Shown: positions 31,894 to 41,105 of the stretch, in pieces
Layout of the letters: every line of letters begins with the position of its first letter
How positions within the stretch are numbered: the first letter of the stretch is position 1
Assembly: GCA_030835745.1 (NCBI GenBank)
Contig: JAUROA010000028.1
Coordinates: 1 to 56,936, forward strand
Direction of reading: 5' to 3'
Origin: Alphaproteobacteria bacterium
GTDB lineage: Bacteria > Pseudomonadota > Alphaproteobacteria > Rickettsiales > UBA1997
Length of the DNA stretch: 56,936 nt
Made by a program: the position numbers and the translations under genes
Notes under the pieces: generated by a model
What the model was told of the DNA's origin: nothing
What the model saw: only the letters and a program-made list of their open reading frames with translations
The model's database searches: none

Positions 31894-32965
31894 TTTTAGA
31901 GCCCTTTAAAATATTAATAACTTTTATATTATGCTCCTCTTTTCCTATTGTAACCCTAAGACAACTATTAAGATTATATGCTTCTAATTTTCTGACAATA
32001 ATTGCATTATTAAGCAATTCTTGATAATGCTTATCGCATTTTTCCTTACTATAAAAGTCAATTAATATAAAATTTGCTACGCTATCATATATTTTTAATT
32101 TGTTGTTATTTTCAAACTCTTCTTTATATATTTTAAGCCATTTATTGTTGTGCTCTATAGATTTATTGATAAATTCTTGATCTTCTAGCGCTACTAATGC
32201 TCCTATTTGCGCGGGACCAGAAACATTAAATGGGCCGCGAACTTTATTTAATATATCAACAACATATTTACTAGCGTAGCACCAGCCCACTCTCAATGAT
32301 GCCAGGCCATATATCTTGGAAAAGGTTCTTGTAACCACGATATTGTCATTTTTCTTAGCTATATTTAATATATCTTTTGGGTAATCTTGATTTGTGCAAT
32401 ATTCATGATATGCATGATCAAAAACAATTAATATATTTTTTGGAATTATTGATATTATTTTATTTATTTCTTTAACATTAAGATAGCTACCAGTGGGGTT
32501 GTTGGGATTTGCCAAAAATATTATTTTGGTTTTATTGGTAATTTTTTTTACCATATCATCAATATCTGTTTTAAAATTAACTTCATTAATTTTAATAGAT
32601 TTTGCACCAACTTTTGCTGCTGATATTGCATACATTAAGAATCCGTGCTCAGAATATAGTATTTCATCATCCTCTTTACAAAAACTTTGTATTAACATTG
32701 CTATTGCTTCATCTGATCCGGCACTACACAAAATCTGATCGCTATTTATATTGTTATAGCTAGCTATTTTTTCTCTAAGAGCTTCGCAGGCTGGATCATA
32801 ATATATTGACAAATCATTAAAGTGATTACTATATCCTTCTTTAACTTTAAGGCTACAGCCCAGCGTATTTTCATTTGCTGATAATTTAATAGCTTTTTTT
32901 TGATCTATTTTATCTTTTCCTGGTTTATATATTGCTATATTTTCTAGATATTTGTTAGCTTTCAT
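31886..32965 (-). CDS. hisC: Histidinol-phosphate aminotransferase
   Basis: Class II aminotransferase with PLP-Lys context RTFSKIYGLASLRVGW and NPNNPTG; 359 aa. Confidence 0.85.
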   Translation of the reverse strand: MKANKYLENIAIYKPGKDKIDQKKAIKLSANENTLGCSLKVKEGYSNHFNDLSIYYDPACEALREKIASYNNINSDQILCSAGSDEAIAMLIQSFCKEDDEILYSEHGFLMYAISAAKVGAKSIKINEVNFKTDIDDMVKKITNKTKIIFLANPNNPTGSYLNVKEINKIISIIPKNILIVFDHAYHEYCTNQDYPKDILNIAKKNDNIVVTRTFSKIYGLASLRVGWCYASKYVVDILNKVRGPFNVSGPAQIGALVALEDQEFINKSIEHNNKWLKIYKEEFENNNKLKIYDSVANFILIDFYSKEKCDKHYQELLNNAIIVRKLEAYNLNSCLRVTIGKEEHNIKVINILKGSKNV

Positions 32966-33843
32966 TATATTAATTTATTGATTATTTTCTGCATTTTTTC
33001 TATTTCATCAAATTTTATTACAATTTGCCCTATTTTCTTATTATTATTATATTTAATAACAGTCTTAACATTATATTTCTCTTCAATGATGTTGCTAATA
33101 TTGTTATATTCGTTATTTTTTATCTTTTTCTTATTATATCTAATTTCTTTATTGTCCCTTATTAGATCTTCAACCTCTCTTACATTTAGTGAATCTTGCA
33201 ATATTTTATTTGCCAGAGCCTCTGGATTTGGCGAATTTATCAATGCTCTTGCGTGACCCATTGTTAATAAATTATCATTTACCATATTTTGCACATTTTC
33301 AGGAAGCTGCAATAATCTTAAAAGATTAGCAATGTGACTTCTACTCTTCGATACTTTACTTGATATCTCTTCTTGGTTATAGCCAAATTCATCAGCCATT
33401 CTTTTATATCCTTTTGCCTCTTCAATTACTGACAAATCTTTACGCTGAATATTTTCAACTATTGCAATCTCAAGGGCCTGCTTATCATTTATTTTTTTTA
33501 TTATGGCAGAAATTTTAGTTAATTTTGCTAGCCTTGCTGCCCTATATCTTCTTTCTCCAGCTATAATTTCATATTGATCACTATCTTTTAACTTACGAAC
33601 TATTATTGGCTGTATAAGTTTATTTTCTTTAATTGACAATGCCAACCTTTCAAGCTCATCATGATCAAAATTTATCCTTGGTTGATATTTACCAGCAACT
33701 ATTTTTTCTAATTCAATTTCGGTTGCAATATCATTATTAATTGTATCAATATTTCTATTTGGATTATTTTTATTATTGCTAATTAGTGCTGAAATTCCTT
33801 GTCCAAGCTTGTTATTAATTTCTTTTTGCCTCATATATTTCAT
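32965..33843 (-). CDS. parB: Chromosome partitioning protein ParB
   Basis: ParB box IIAGERRYRAARLA and HTH region; lies downstream of parA. Confidence 0.93.
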   Translation of the reverse strand: MKYMRQKEINNKLGQGISALISNNKNNPNRNIDTINNDIATEIELEKIVAGKYQPRINFDHDELERLALSIKENKLIQPIIVRKLKDSDQYEIIAGERRYRAARLAKLTKISAIIKKINDKQALEIAIVENIQRKDLSVIEEAKGYKRMADEFGYNQEEISSKVSKSRSHIANLLRLLQLPENVQNMVNDNLLTMGHARALINSPNPEALANKILQDSLNVREVEDLIRDNKEIRYNKKKIKNNEYNNISNIIEEKYNVKTVIKYNNNKKIGQIVIKFDEIEKMQKIINKLI

Positions 33844-34642
33844 TATTTATTGTTTCACGTGAAACATTATTATATTTTTTATTAATTATTTCGGTTGCCA
33901 ATTTCTGATATGCGACAGAACCTTTACATTTTGGATCATAAATCAATCCTGCTACACCATGAGATGGAGCCTCTGATAATCTGATATTTCTTGGCACGAT
34001 ATTCTTAAATACCTTTTCTCCTATGTAACTCCTAACATCACTTTCAACAGCTTCTGTAAGTTTATTTCTTCTATCATGCATAGTAAGCATTATTCCAGCA
34101 ATTTTCAACTCTTCATTTAAATTATTTTTGACCAATTCTAGTGTTGTTAGTAGGTGACTTAAACCTTCAAGGCTAAAAAATTCGCATTGCATTGGAATTA
34201 ATATATAGTCGGTTGCACATAATGTATTGATTGTTAGCAGTCCCAATGAAGGTGGGCAGTCAATAAAAATATAGTCATATTTATTTGTAATTTTACTAAT
34301 AGAATTTTTAAGTAGAAATTCTCTATTATTACAAGTTGCAATCTCAACCTCAACAGCAGATAAATCAACAGTAGATGTAACAATATCAAGATTTCTAACA
34401 TTAGTTTTAATGATAGCATCCTCGATTTTACACTCATTTATTAATGTTTCATAGATTGTATTTTGTCGTTGATCATATGAAATTCCAAGACCAGTACTGG
34501 CATTGCCCTGTGGATCCATGTCAATAAGTAGCACCTTCTTTGATCTTTGAGCAAAGGCACAGGCTAGATTTATTGCAGAAGTTGTTTTGCCAACACCACC
34601 TTTCTGATTTACGATAGAAAAAATTACCGAAGATTTAGTCAT
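33815..34642 (-). CDS. parA: Chromosome partitioning ATPase ParA
   Basis: Deviant Walker A NQKGGVGKTT; 29-nt overlap with parB. Confidence 0.93.
   Translation of the reverse strand: MTKSSVIFSIVNQKGGVGKTTSAINLACAFAQRSKKVLLIDMDPQGNASTGLGISYDQRQNTIYETLINECKIEDAIIKTNVRNLDIVTSTVDLSAVEVEIATCNNREFLLKNSISKITNKYDYIFIDCPPSLGLLTINTLCATDYILIPMQCEFFSLEGLSHLLTTLELVKNNLNEELKIAGIMLTMHDRRNKLTEAVESDVRSYIGEKVFKNIVPRNIRLSEAPSHGVAGLIYDPKCKGSVAYQKLATEIINKKYNNVSRETINNEIYEAKRN
33851..33866. other. parS centromere-like site TGTTTCACGTGAAACA (in the parA 3' tail, 8 nt upstream of the parB ATG)
   Basis: Perfect 16-bp palindrome matching the chromosomal parS consensus tGTTNCACGTGAAACa. Translated as VSRET in parA. Confidence 0.85.
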
Positions 34643-34656
34643 ATTTTTATAATAAA

Positions 34657-34672
34657 TGTTTCACGTGAAACA
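34657..34672. other. parS site TGTTTCACGTGAAACA (intergenic, 15 nt upstream of the parA ATG)
   Basis: Identical 16-mer. Confidence 0.85.
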
Positions 34673-34732
34673 TTTATAAAATATAAGAATAAAATTAACA
34701 ACTAAATCATTAAATTTAATATTAAAAATAAT

Positions 34733-35176
34733 TTATCTTTTTAATTTAAAATATTGCTTAATTAATTCACTACATTGATCCTCTGAAATATTGCTATATA
34801 TTTCTGGCTTATGATAGTGTTTTATTTCATTCAGTATGTATCCAGAACTTTCATATGCCCCATATTTTGGTTGACTTGCCCCATAATAGACTCTTTTAAT
34901 TCTTGCACTTGAAATTACTGAAGCACACATTATACATGGTTCAATTGTAACATATAGATCGCAATCATCAAGCCTTGAATTAGATAAAATATAGCATGAC
35001 TGCCTAATGACACAAATTTCAGCATGCAATGTTGGGTCATTTTCTATATATCTTCTATTATGCGAGCTTGCAATGATATTATTATTTTTTACTATTACAG
35101 CACCAACTGGAATCTCATTTTTACTTAAGGCAATTTGCGCCTCTTTAATTGCATATTCCATAAAATTATACATCAT
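34733..35176 (-). CDS. tadA: tRNA-specific adenosine deaminase TadA
   Basis: CDA zinc motifs HAE and PCIMC. I place the start at the ATGATG at 35176-35171. The track start at 35248 (MFHVKQ...) reads through a parS palindrome and the tatD 3' end. Confidence 0.8.
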   Translation of the reverse strand: MMYNFMEYAIKEAQIALSKNEIPVGAVIVKNNNIIASSHNRRYIENDPTLHAEICVIRQSCYILSNSRLDDCDLYVTIEPCIMCASVISSARIKRVYYGASQPKYGAYESSGYILNEIKHYHKPEIYSNISEDQCSELIKQYFKLKR

Positions 35177-35975
35177 AATTTTGTGCTCTTGAAAATAAAT
35201 TATGAAAATTTCTGGTAGTTTCACTAATAATTGTTTCACGTGAAACATTTTTTAGCATTGCAATATAATCAACAACATATTTTGTGTTACATGGCTGGTT
35301 AATCCGACCGCGAAGTGGCGTAGGAGATAGATAAGGAGAATCAGTTTCTACTAGCAGAAGATCTAGCGGAATATATTTAACAATCTCTTGAAGTAAGGAA
35401 GCATTTTTAAAAGTAACTATACCAGAAATAGAAATATATATACCCATATTAATTGCAAATTCAGCAAGCTTTTTGGAGCTAGAAAAGCAATGTAGCAAAA
35501 GTTTTAGGTTGCTGTTATTATCCTTATAATATTTTAATATATCAATCATATCGTCATCAGATTCTCTATTATGAATAATAACAGGCAATTGGCTATCACA
35601 TGCTGCCATTATATGATTTATAAAGCTTTTCTTTTGCAGTTCAATAAAATTTTTATCATGATAGTAATCAAGACCTGTTTCACCAATGCCAATTATATTA
35701 GGATCATTATTGATAAAATTAATAATATCATCCTTATTTTTTGGCAATCTTTCATTATTTAAAGTACAGGGGTGATCGCCAATTGTGTGGTATATATGGA
35801 CGTCAACACTAGATTTATAGCAATTAATTTTATTGTAATTGTCAATATCAGTACATATATTATTAATTATCCTAACATTAAATTTTGCCGCATTATCCAA
35901 TATATCACTAATTTTACAGCCCTTATCTTCAATAAGATTTAAGTGACAATGGCTATCAACAATATAATTATACAT
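35166..35975 (-). CDS. tatD: TatD-family metal-dependent hydrolase/DNase
   Basis: N-terminal DSHCHL, then GETGLDY and LLVETDSPYL. Confidence 0.85.
   Translation of the reverse strand: MYNYIVDSHCHLNLIEDKGCKISDILDNAAKFNVRIINNICTDIDNYNKINCYKSSVDVHIYHTIGDHPCTLNNERLPKNKDDIINFINNDPNIIGIGETGLDYYHDKNFIELQKKSFINHIMAACDSQLPVIIHNRESDDDMIDILKYYKDNNSNLKLLLHCFSSSKKLAEFAINMGIYISISGIVTFKNASLLQEIVKYIPLDLLLVETDSPYLSPTPLRGRINQPCNTKYVVDYIAMLKNVSRETIISETTRNFHNLFSRAQNYDV
35232..35247. other. parS site TGTTTCACGTGAAACA (inside the tatD 3' region)
   Basis: Identical 16-mer, translated as VSRET in tatD. Confidence 0.85.
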
Positions 35976-36474
35976 TATTATTTCTTATTTGAGTAGATGA
36001 CATAACAAACTTTCTATTTCTTATAATAACATGATCACAATTTTTAAGAAAATTCCAACATGGGTATTTTTGTAAAAAATTTATTTTATCACTTCTAGAA
36101 AATATTGCAATGCTTATATTTTTGAGGAATTTCTGATATTGATGCCACTTATGAATCTGACTGACTATATCATCACCAATTATCCAAGTAAATTTATAAT
36201 TAGGATATCTATTATTAAGATAAATAATAAGATTAAGTGCATAGATATAATTATAACAAAAAACCTTAATAAAAGGATATTTACTTGTAATAGAGTTGCA
36301 TAATTTTAGACGGTTATCATAGTTATTGGTATGACTAGCCTTTTTTAAAGGATTTATTCGAGCTGGGAACCACCAAATCTGGTTTAGCTCCAGAGTTTTT
36401 TTTGCAATATGACATAAATTTATATGCCCCAAATGAGGAGGATTAAAACTTCCGCCTAAAATACCAATATTCAC
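35968..36474 (-). CDS. nadD: Nicotinate-nucleotide adenylyltransferase
   Basis: Motifs GGSFNPPHLGH and SSTQIR; short at 168 aa. Confidence 0.8.
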   Translation of the reverse strand: MNIGILGGSFNPPHLGHINLCHIAKKTLELNQIWWFPARINPLKKASHTNNYDNRLKLCNSITSKYPFIKVFCYNYIYALNLIIYLNNRYPNYKFTWIIGDDIVSQIHKWHQYQKFLKNISIAIFSRSDKINFLQKYPCWNFLKNCDHVIIRNRKFVMSSTQIRNNNV

Positions 36475-36476
36475 AA

Positions 36477-37331
36477 TTAAGAAAAAATAAAAGATATTAA
36501 TAATAAGAAACCAAAATAAATATTTCTGGTAAAAAATTGTGCACAGGAAATTTTACTGTTAAAGTCAATAGATCTGATATTATTTGAGTAAAATAAAAGA
36601 GATATTAAAAGAAAAAAGAAATATAATGGGCCTAATTTAGAGTAATAACCTATAAAAATTAAAATTGATGACATAATAATAAATAATATATTAATTAATA
36701 ATTTTGGATTATTGTTAATTTTTATTGCTAGTGATCTAACTCCGATTATCATGTCATCTTCAATATCTTGAAAGGCATAGATTGTATCATATATTATTGT
36801 CCAAAATATAGTAGCAAGATATAATAAAATTGTTTCACGTGAAACATTTTCAGTCAATGCAAGCGAAACCATGATTACGCCAAAATTTATTGTAACGCCC
36901 AAAAATAATTGCGGATAATATGTAACACGTTTCATGAGGGGATATAATGCAACAAAAATCAATATAATAAAACCTGAAATAATCGTATAAAAATTAAATT
37001 GCAGCAATATTAAAAGAGAGGTCAATAATAAAGAAATAAGGAAAATTGAAGCACCCACAAAACTAATAGATCCTGATGCCAATGGACGATTACAAGTTCT
37101 TGAGACCTTTATATCATATTTATGATCACATAAATCATTTATAATACAACCTGCACCTCTCATTAAAACTGATCCAATAAAAAAAAGCGATATATAATAA
37201 TAAAAATTAAAAAAACTTAATTTTTCTAATAATGCTAATGAAAGCATGGAAGGAATAAAGAGTAAAAAAAAGCCAGTAGGGCGATGCAATCTTATCAATT
37301 TAATATAGTTTAAAAAAACAGCCACAAACAA
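36477..37331 (-). CDS. ubiA: 4-hydroxybenzoate polyprenyltransferase
   Basis: Asp-rich motif NDLCDHKYD with multiple TM segments; 284 aa. Confidence 0.85.
   Translation of the reverse strand: MFVAVFLNYIKLIRLHRPTGFFLLFIPSMLSLALLEKLSFFNFYYYISLFFIGSVLMRGAGCIINDLCDHKYDIKVSRTCNRPLASGSISFVGASIFLISLLLTSLLILLQFNFYTIISGFIILIFVALYPLMKRVTYYPQLFLGVTINFGVIMVSLALTENVSRETILLYLATIFWTIIYDTIYAFQDIEDDMIIGVRSLAIKINNNPKLLINILFIIMSSILIFIGYYSKLGPLYFFFLLISLLFYSNNIRSIDFNSKISCAQFFTRNIYFGFLLLISFIFS
36831..36846. other. parS site TGTTTCACGTGAAACA (inside ubiA)
   Basis: Identical 16-mer, translated as VSRET in ubiA. Confidence 0.85.
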
Positions 37332-37407
37332 TTTGATTTTATATTAAAGCATATATTATATTTATTAAATTACATTTTTAAAGAAATAAAATCAATAATA
37401 TTTAACA

Positions 37408-39405
37408 ATGCACAAATTAATAGTTGCAAATCGTGGAGAAATTGCTTGTAGAATTATAAAAACATGCAAAATGATGAATATCAAGACAGTTGCTGTATAT
37501 TCCGACGCTGACACTAATTCTCTTTTTGTTCAAATGGCTGATGAAGCCTATAATATTGGTCCATCTCCATCTTCTCAAAGCTACTTAAATATAGACAAAA
37601 TTATAGAAGTCATCAAAAAAACTGGTGCAACAATGGTTCACCCAGGATATGGTTTTTTATCTGAAAATAGTAAATTTGCCGAATCTCTAGATAAAATTGG
37701 TGTTAAGTTTGTGGGCCCATCACAAAAATCAATTGAAATGATGGGAGATAAAATAACATCAAAAAAAATTGCAATAAAATCTGGCGTTAATACTGTTCCT
37801 GGACATATAGGAATTATCAAAGACGATAAAGAGGCAAGTAAAATTGCTAAAAAAATTGGCTTTCCAGTTATGGTAAAGGCTTCAGCTGGTGGTGGAGGCA
37901 AGGGAATGAGAATAGTCTATAAAGCTAGCGAAATGAAAGAAGCATTTTTATCGGCAACTAATGAAGCAAGAAATAGCTTTTCTGACGACAGAATTTTTAT
38001 TGAAAAATTTATTGAAAACCCTAGGCATATTGAAATTCAAATAATTGCCGATAAATATGGCAATATACTGTGTTTTGGTGAAAGAGAATGCTCTATTCAA
38101 AGGAATAATCAAAAAGTAATTGAAGAAGCCCCCAGCCCATTCATAGATGAAAAAACCAGACAGAAAATGTATAGGCAGTCAAAATCTTTGGCAAAAACGG
38201 TTAAATATCATTCTGCCGGAACTATAGAATATATAATGGATAAAAATAAAAATTTCTATTTTCTTGAGATGAATACTCGGCTTCAAGTCGAGCACCCTGT
38301 AACAGAATTAATCACAGGATATGACCTTGTTGAATTAATGATTAAAATAGCGCTTGATGAAAAAATCAAAATTAAGCAAGAAGATATTAAGCTTAAAGGA
38401 TGGGCAATTGAATCAAGAATTTATGCTGAAGACCCATCTAGAGGTTTTTTACCATCTTCTGGTAGAATAAATTTATATATAGAGCCTAAGGAAAATAAAA
38501 ATGTAAGAATTGACACTGGAATATATGAGGGTGGCGAAGTAAGTATGTTTTACGATGCCATGATTGCCAAATTATGTAGCTATGGAAAGAATAGAGATGA
38601 GGCTATTAACACTATGAGCAATGCTTTAAGTAGTTATGCTATTGGCGGAGTCTCGCACAATATTAGCTTTCTTGAAACTATTATGAAAAATGATAGATTT
38701 ATTAGCGGCAATTTAACAACCGGTTTTATAAAAGAAGAATATGCAGATGGATTTAGCACCAATGTAATTAATAATCAATCTCAAGAAGCATTTATCTGCG
38801 CATCAATTTTTATTTTTCTAAAAAATTTTACAAGAAATACAAGCATGACAGGGCAGCTTCGTGATAGAAAAAAACAAATTTCAGAAAAATGGGTTATTAT
38901 AATTGACGAGAAATCTTTTTTAATAAACATCATTTCTTTTAATGAAGATGAAATATTAATAGAGTGCAATAAAAAACATCTCAAAATTAATAGCTCTTGG
39001 CATTATGGAGAAAAATTATTCAGAGGCAAGCTAAATGGTAAAGATTTTAGCGTCAGAATCACAAGCAATAATAATACAGGCGGCTATCAAATGCAATATA
39101 GTGGCACTGATGCAATGATAAATGTATTTTCGCCAAGAATTGCCGAGCTTTCTAAATTTATGCCAGTAATTGAAAAAAACCCCAAGCCAAAAAACCTATT
39201 ATCACCAATAACTGGTAAAATAATCAGATTCAAAGTAAAAAAAGGTGATCAAGTTAAAGCGGGGCAAGAATTGGTTATTATTGAAGCCATGAAAATGGAA
39301 AACTCTATAAGAACTAATCACGATTTTACTATTGGAAACATCAAGTATAAAGACGGAGATTCAGTTGCAATTGGTGAAATTATCATGGAATTCAAAGATT
39401 CATAA
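37408..39405 (+). CDS. pccA: Biotin-dependent acyl-CoA carboxylase alpha subunit (propionyl-/methylcrotonyl-CoA carboxylase; BC+BCCP)
   Basis: Biotin carboxylase ATP-grasp (GGGGKGMRIV, EMNTRLQVEHPVTE) and biotinyl motif EAMKMEN. 665 aa; no beta-subunit gene is adjacent. Confidence 0.8.
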   Translation: MHKLIVANRGEIACRIIKTCKMMNIKTVAVYSDADTNSLFVQMADEAYNIGPSPSSQSYLNIDKIIEVIKKTGATMVHPGYGFLSENSKFAESLDKIGVKFVGPSQKSIEMMGDKITSKKIAIKSGVNTVPGHIGIIKDDKEASKIAKKIGFPVMVKASAGGGGKGMRIVYKASEMKEAFLSATNEARNSFSDDRIFIEKFIENPRHIEIQIIADKYGNILCFGERECSIQRNNQKVIEEAPSPFIDEKTRQKMYRQSKSLAKTVKYHSAGTIEYIMDKNKNFYFLEMNTRLQVEHPVTELITGYDLVELMIKIALDEKIKIKQEDIKLKGWAIESRIYAEDPSRGFLPSSGRINLYIEPKENKNVRIDTGIYEGGEVSMFYDAMIAKLCSYGKNRDEAINTMSNALSSYAIGGVSHNISFLETIMKNDRFISGNLTTGFIKEEYADGFSTNVINNQSQEAFICASIFIFLKNFTRNTSMTGQLRDRKKQISEKWVIIIDEKSFLINIISFNEDEILIECNKKHLKINSSWHYGEKLFRGKLNGKDFSVRITSNNNTGGYQMQYSGTDAMINVFSPRIAELSKFMPVIEKNPKPKNLLSPITGKIIRFKVKKGDQVKAGQELVIIEAMKMENSIRTNHDFTIGNIKYKDGDSVAIGEIIMEFKDS

Positions 39406-39516
39406 TTCGGAATAATTTAACCCAAGATAATTTAATATTTTCTTGCTTTAGCTATATCATGGCAGTGTCAATTCAAAATTATTTTATATCACCTTTATTG
39501 TTAAAAAATAGCCTGA

Positions 39517-39560
39517 GGGAGAAAATCGGGAGAAAATCGGGAGAAAATCGGGAGATAATC
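39517..39560. repeat. 4 x 11-bp tandem repeat GGGAGAAAATC (last unit GGGAGATAATC) in a convergent intergenic region
   Basis: Units counted at 39517, 39528, 39539 and 39550. Confidence 0.9.
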
Positions 39561-39613
39561 AAAAAATATGCAAAAAAGAAATGTTGATAAGTGCTTAACT
39601 TATACAAAAACAA

Positions 39614-40891
39614 CTAATTAACTTGCGATTCTAATCTTTGCTCCATTAGATTTCTAAAATTTTTAATCAAGCCCTGAACTGGCCATGCAGCAGCATCGCC
39701 TAGGGCGCATATGGTATTACCCTCAATCTGCTTGGTTAAATTATATAGTTGATCAATTTCACTCTTTGAGGCCTTACCATCAACAATTCTATTCATAATT
39801 CTCATAATCCATCCGGTTCCCTCCCTGCAAGGTGTACATTGTCCACAAGATTCATGCTTATAAAAATGAGATAATCTAGCAATTGCAGCAATAACATCAG
39901 TTTCTTTATTCATCACAATAACCCCAGCAGTTCCAAGTGCTGATCCAGCCTCTTTTAAAGAGTCAAAATCCATTAATACATCATCACAAATATTTTTTGG
40001 CAGCAATGGAACAGAAGAGCCACCGGGTATAACTGCCAACAGATTATCCCAACCTCCAATAACACCACCAGCATACTTTTCAATTAATTCTTTCAAAGGA
40101 ATTCCCATCTCCTCTTCAACATTACAAGGCTTATTTACATGTCCAGATATACAAAAGATTTTAGTTCCAGTATTTTTTTCTCTTCCAATTGATGAAAACC
40201 ATGAAGAACCCCTTCTAATCAATGTTGGAATTACAGCAATAGATTCAACATTATTTACAACAGTAGGGCAGCCATATAAACCAATCAATGCTGGAAATGG
40301 CGGCTTTAAACGTGGCTGACCCTTATTACCCTCAATACTCTCAAGAAGAGCAGTTTCTTCACCACATATATAAGCGCCAGCACCACGATGTATAAATATG
40401 TCAAGATTCCAGCCTGATTTACAAGCATTTTTACCAATAAGACCAGCATCATAAGCCTCATCAATTGCATTTTGTAGGATCTTTGCCTCATTGTAATATT
40501 CACCTCTAATATAAATATAGCATATATTGGCATTAATAGCCTTGGCAGCAATCAAGCAGCCTTCAATTAGCTTATGAGGCTCATTTCTAATAATTTCACG
40601 ATCTTTGCAAGTTCCAGGCTCAGACTCATCAGCATTAATTATTAAATAATGAGGCTTTCCCAAATTGGGATCATCTTTCTTTGGCACAAAAGACCATTTC
40701 ATCCCAGTTGGAAATCCTGCACCACCTCTTCCTCTAAGCCATGAATCTTTTACAATTTCAATAATTTTATCACTATTATGTGATAAAATCTTTTTAGTAT
40801 TATCCCAATCGCCCCTTTTAATAGCGTATTTTAAAGAATAAGACTCAAAACCTAATAAATTTGAAAAAATTTTATCTTTATCTTTAATCAT
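39614..40891 (-). CDS. nuoF: NADH-quinone oxidoreductase subunit F (51 kDa)
   Basis: Motifs [23 protein letters not shown] and [10 protein letters not shown]. No other nuo genes are adjacent. Confidence 0.95.
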   Translation of the reverse strand: MIKDKDKIFSNLLGFESYSLKYAIKRGDWDNTKKILSHNSDKIIEIVKDSWLRGRGGAGFPTGMKWSFVPKKDDPNLGKPHYLIINADESEPGTCKDREIIRNEPHKLIEGCLIAAKAINANICYIYIRGEYYNEAKILQNAIDEAYDAGLIGKNACKSGWNLDIFIHRGAGAYICGEETALLESIEGNKGQPRLKPPFPALIGLYGCPTVVNNVESIAVIPTLIRRGSSWFSSIGREKNTGTKIFCISGHVNKPCNVEEEMGIPLKELIEKYAGGVIGGWDNLLAVIPGGSSVPLLPKNICDDVLMDFDSLKEAGSALGTAGVIVMNKETDVIAAIARLSHFYKHESCGQCTPCREGTGWIMRIMNRIVDGKASKSEIDQLYNLTKQIEGNTICALGDAAAWPVQGLIKNFRNLMEQRLESQVN

Positions 40892-41105
40892 TAAATTGGA
40901 TCAAATTATAAATTTAAATAACCTTTATATTTTTATTAGAAAAATATTATTTACAAGTATATAATTATATAATAACTTTGAAAAGACAAATTATTAAACT
41001 TTATCAATAAATGCAAACAAATTACTTGCAAATTTTTTACAGCAGTTAATATATTTGCTTATATAATAAACTATATCTATTAATTTAGATATTTATATTC
41101 CCAAA

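Noticed and set aside
35177-35248. The N-terminal extension of tadA in the ORF track (MFHVKQLLVKLPEIFIIYFQEHKI).
   Set aside because: It is produced by reading the parS palindrome in its FHVK frame, and it overlaps the tatD 3' end by 83 nt. The TadA homology begins at about MEYAIKEAQ, so the ATG at 35176 or 35173 is the more plausible start.
37332-37407. The divergent ubiA/pccA spacer next to the parS cluster as the replication origin.
   Set aside because: It is only 76 bp, and I saw no TTATCCACA-type DnaA boxes there or in the other spacers I read. Gene-strand orientation in the window is mixed. The parS cluster suggests origin proximity, but not this particular spacer.
39517-39560. The 11-bp tandem array as a possible CRISPR array.
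   Set aside because: The units are contiguous with no spacers and are far shorter than CRISPR repeats. No cas genes are present in the window.
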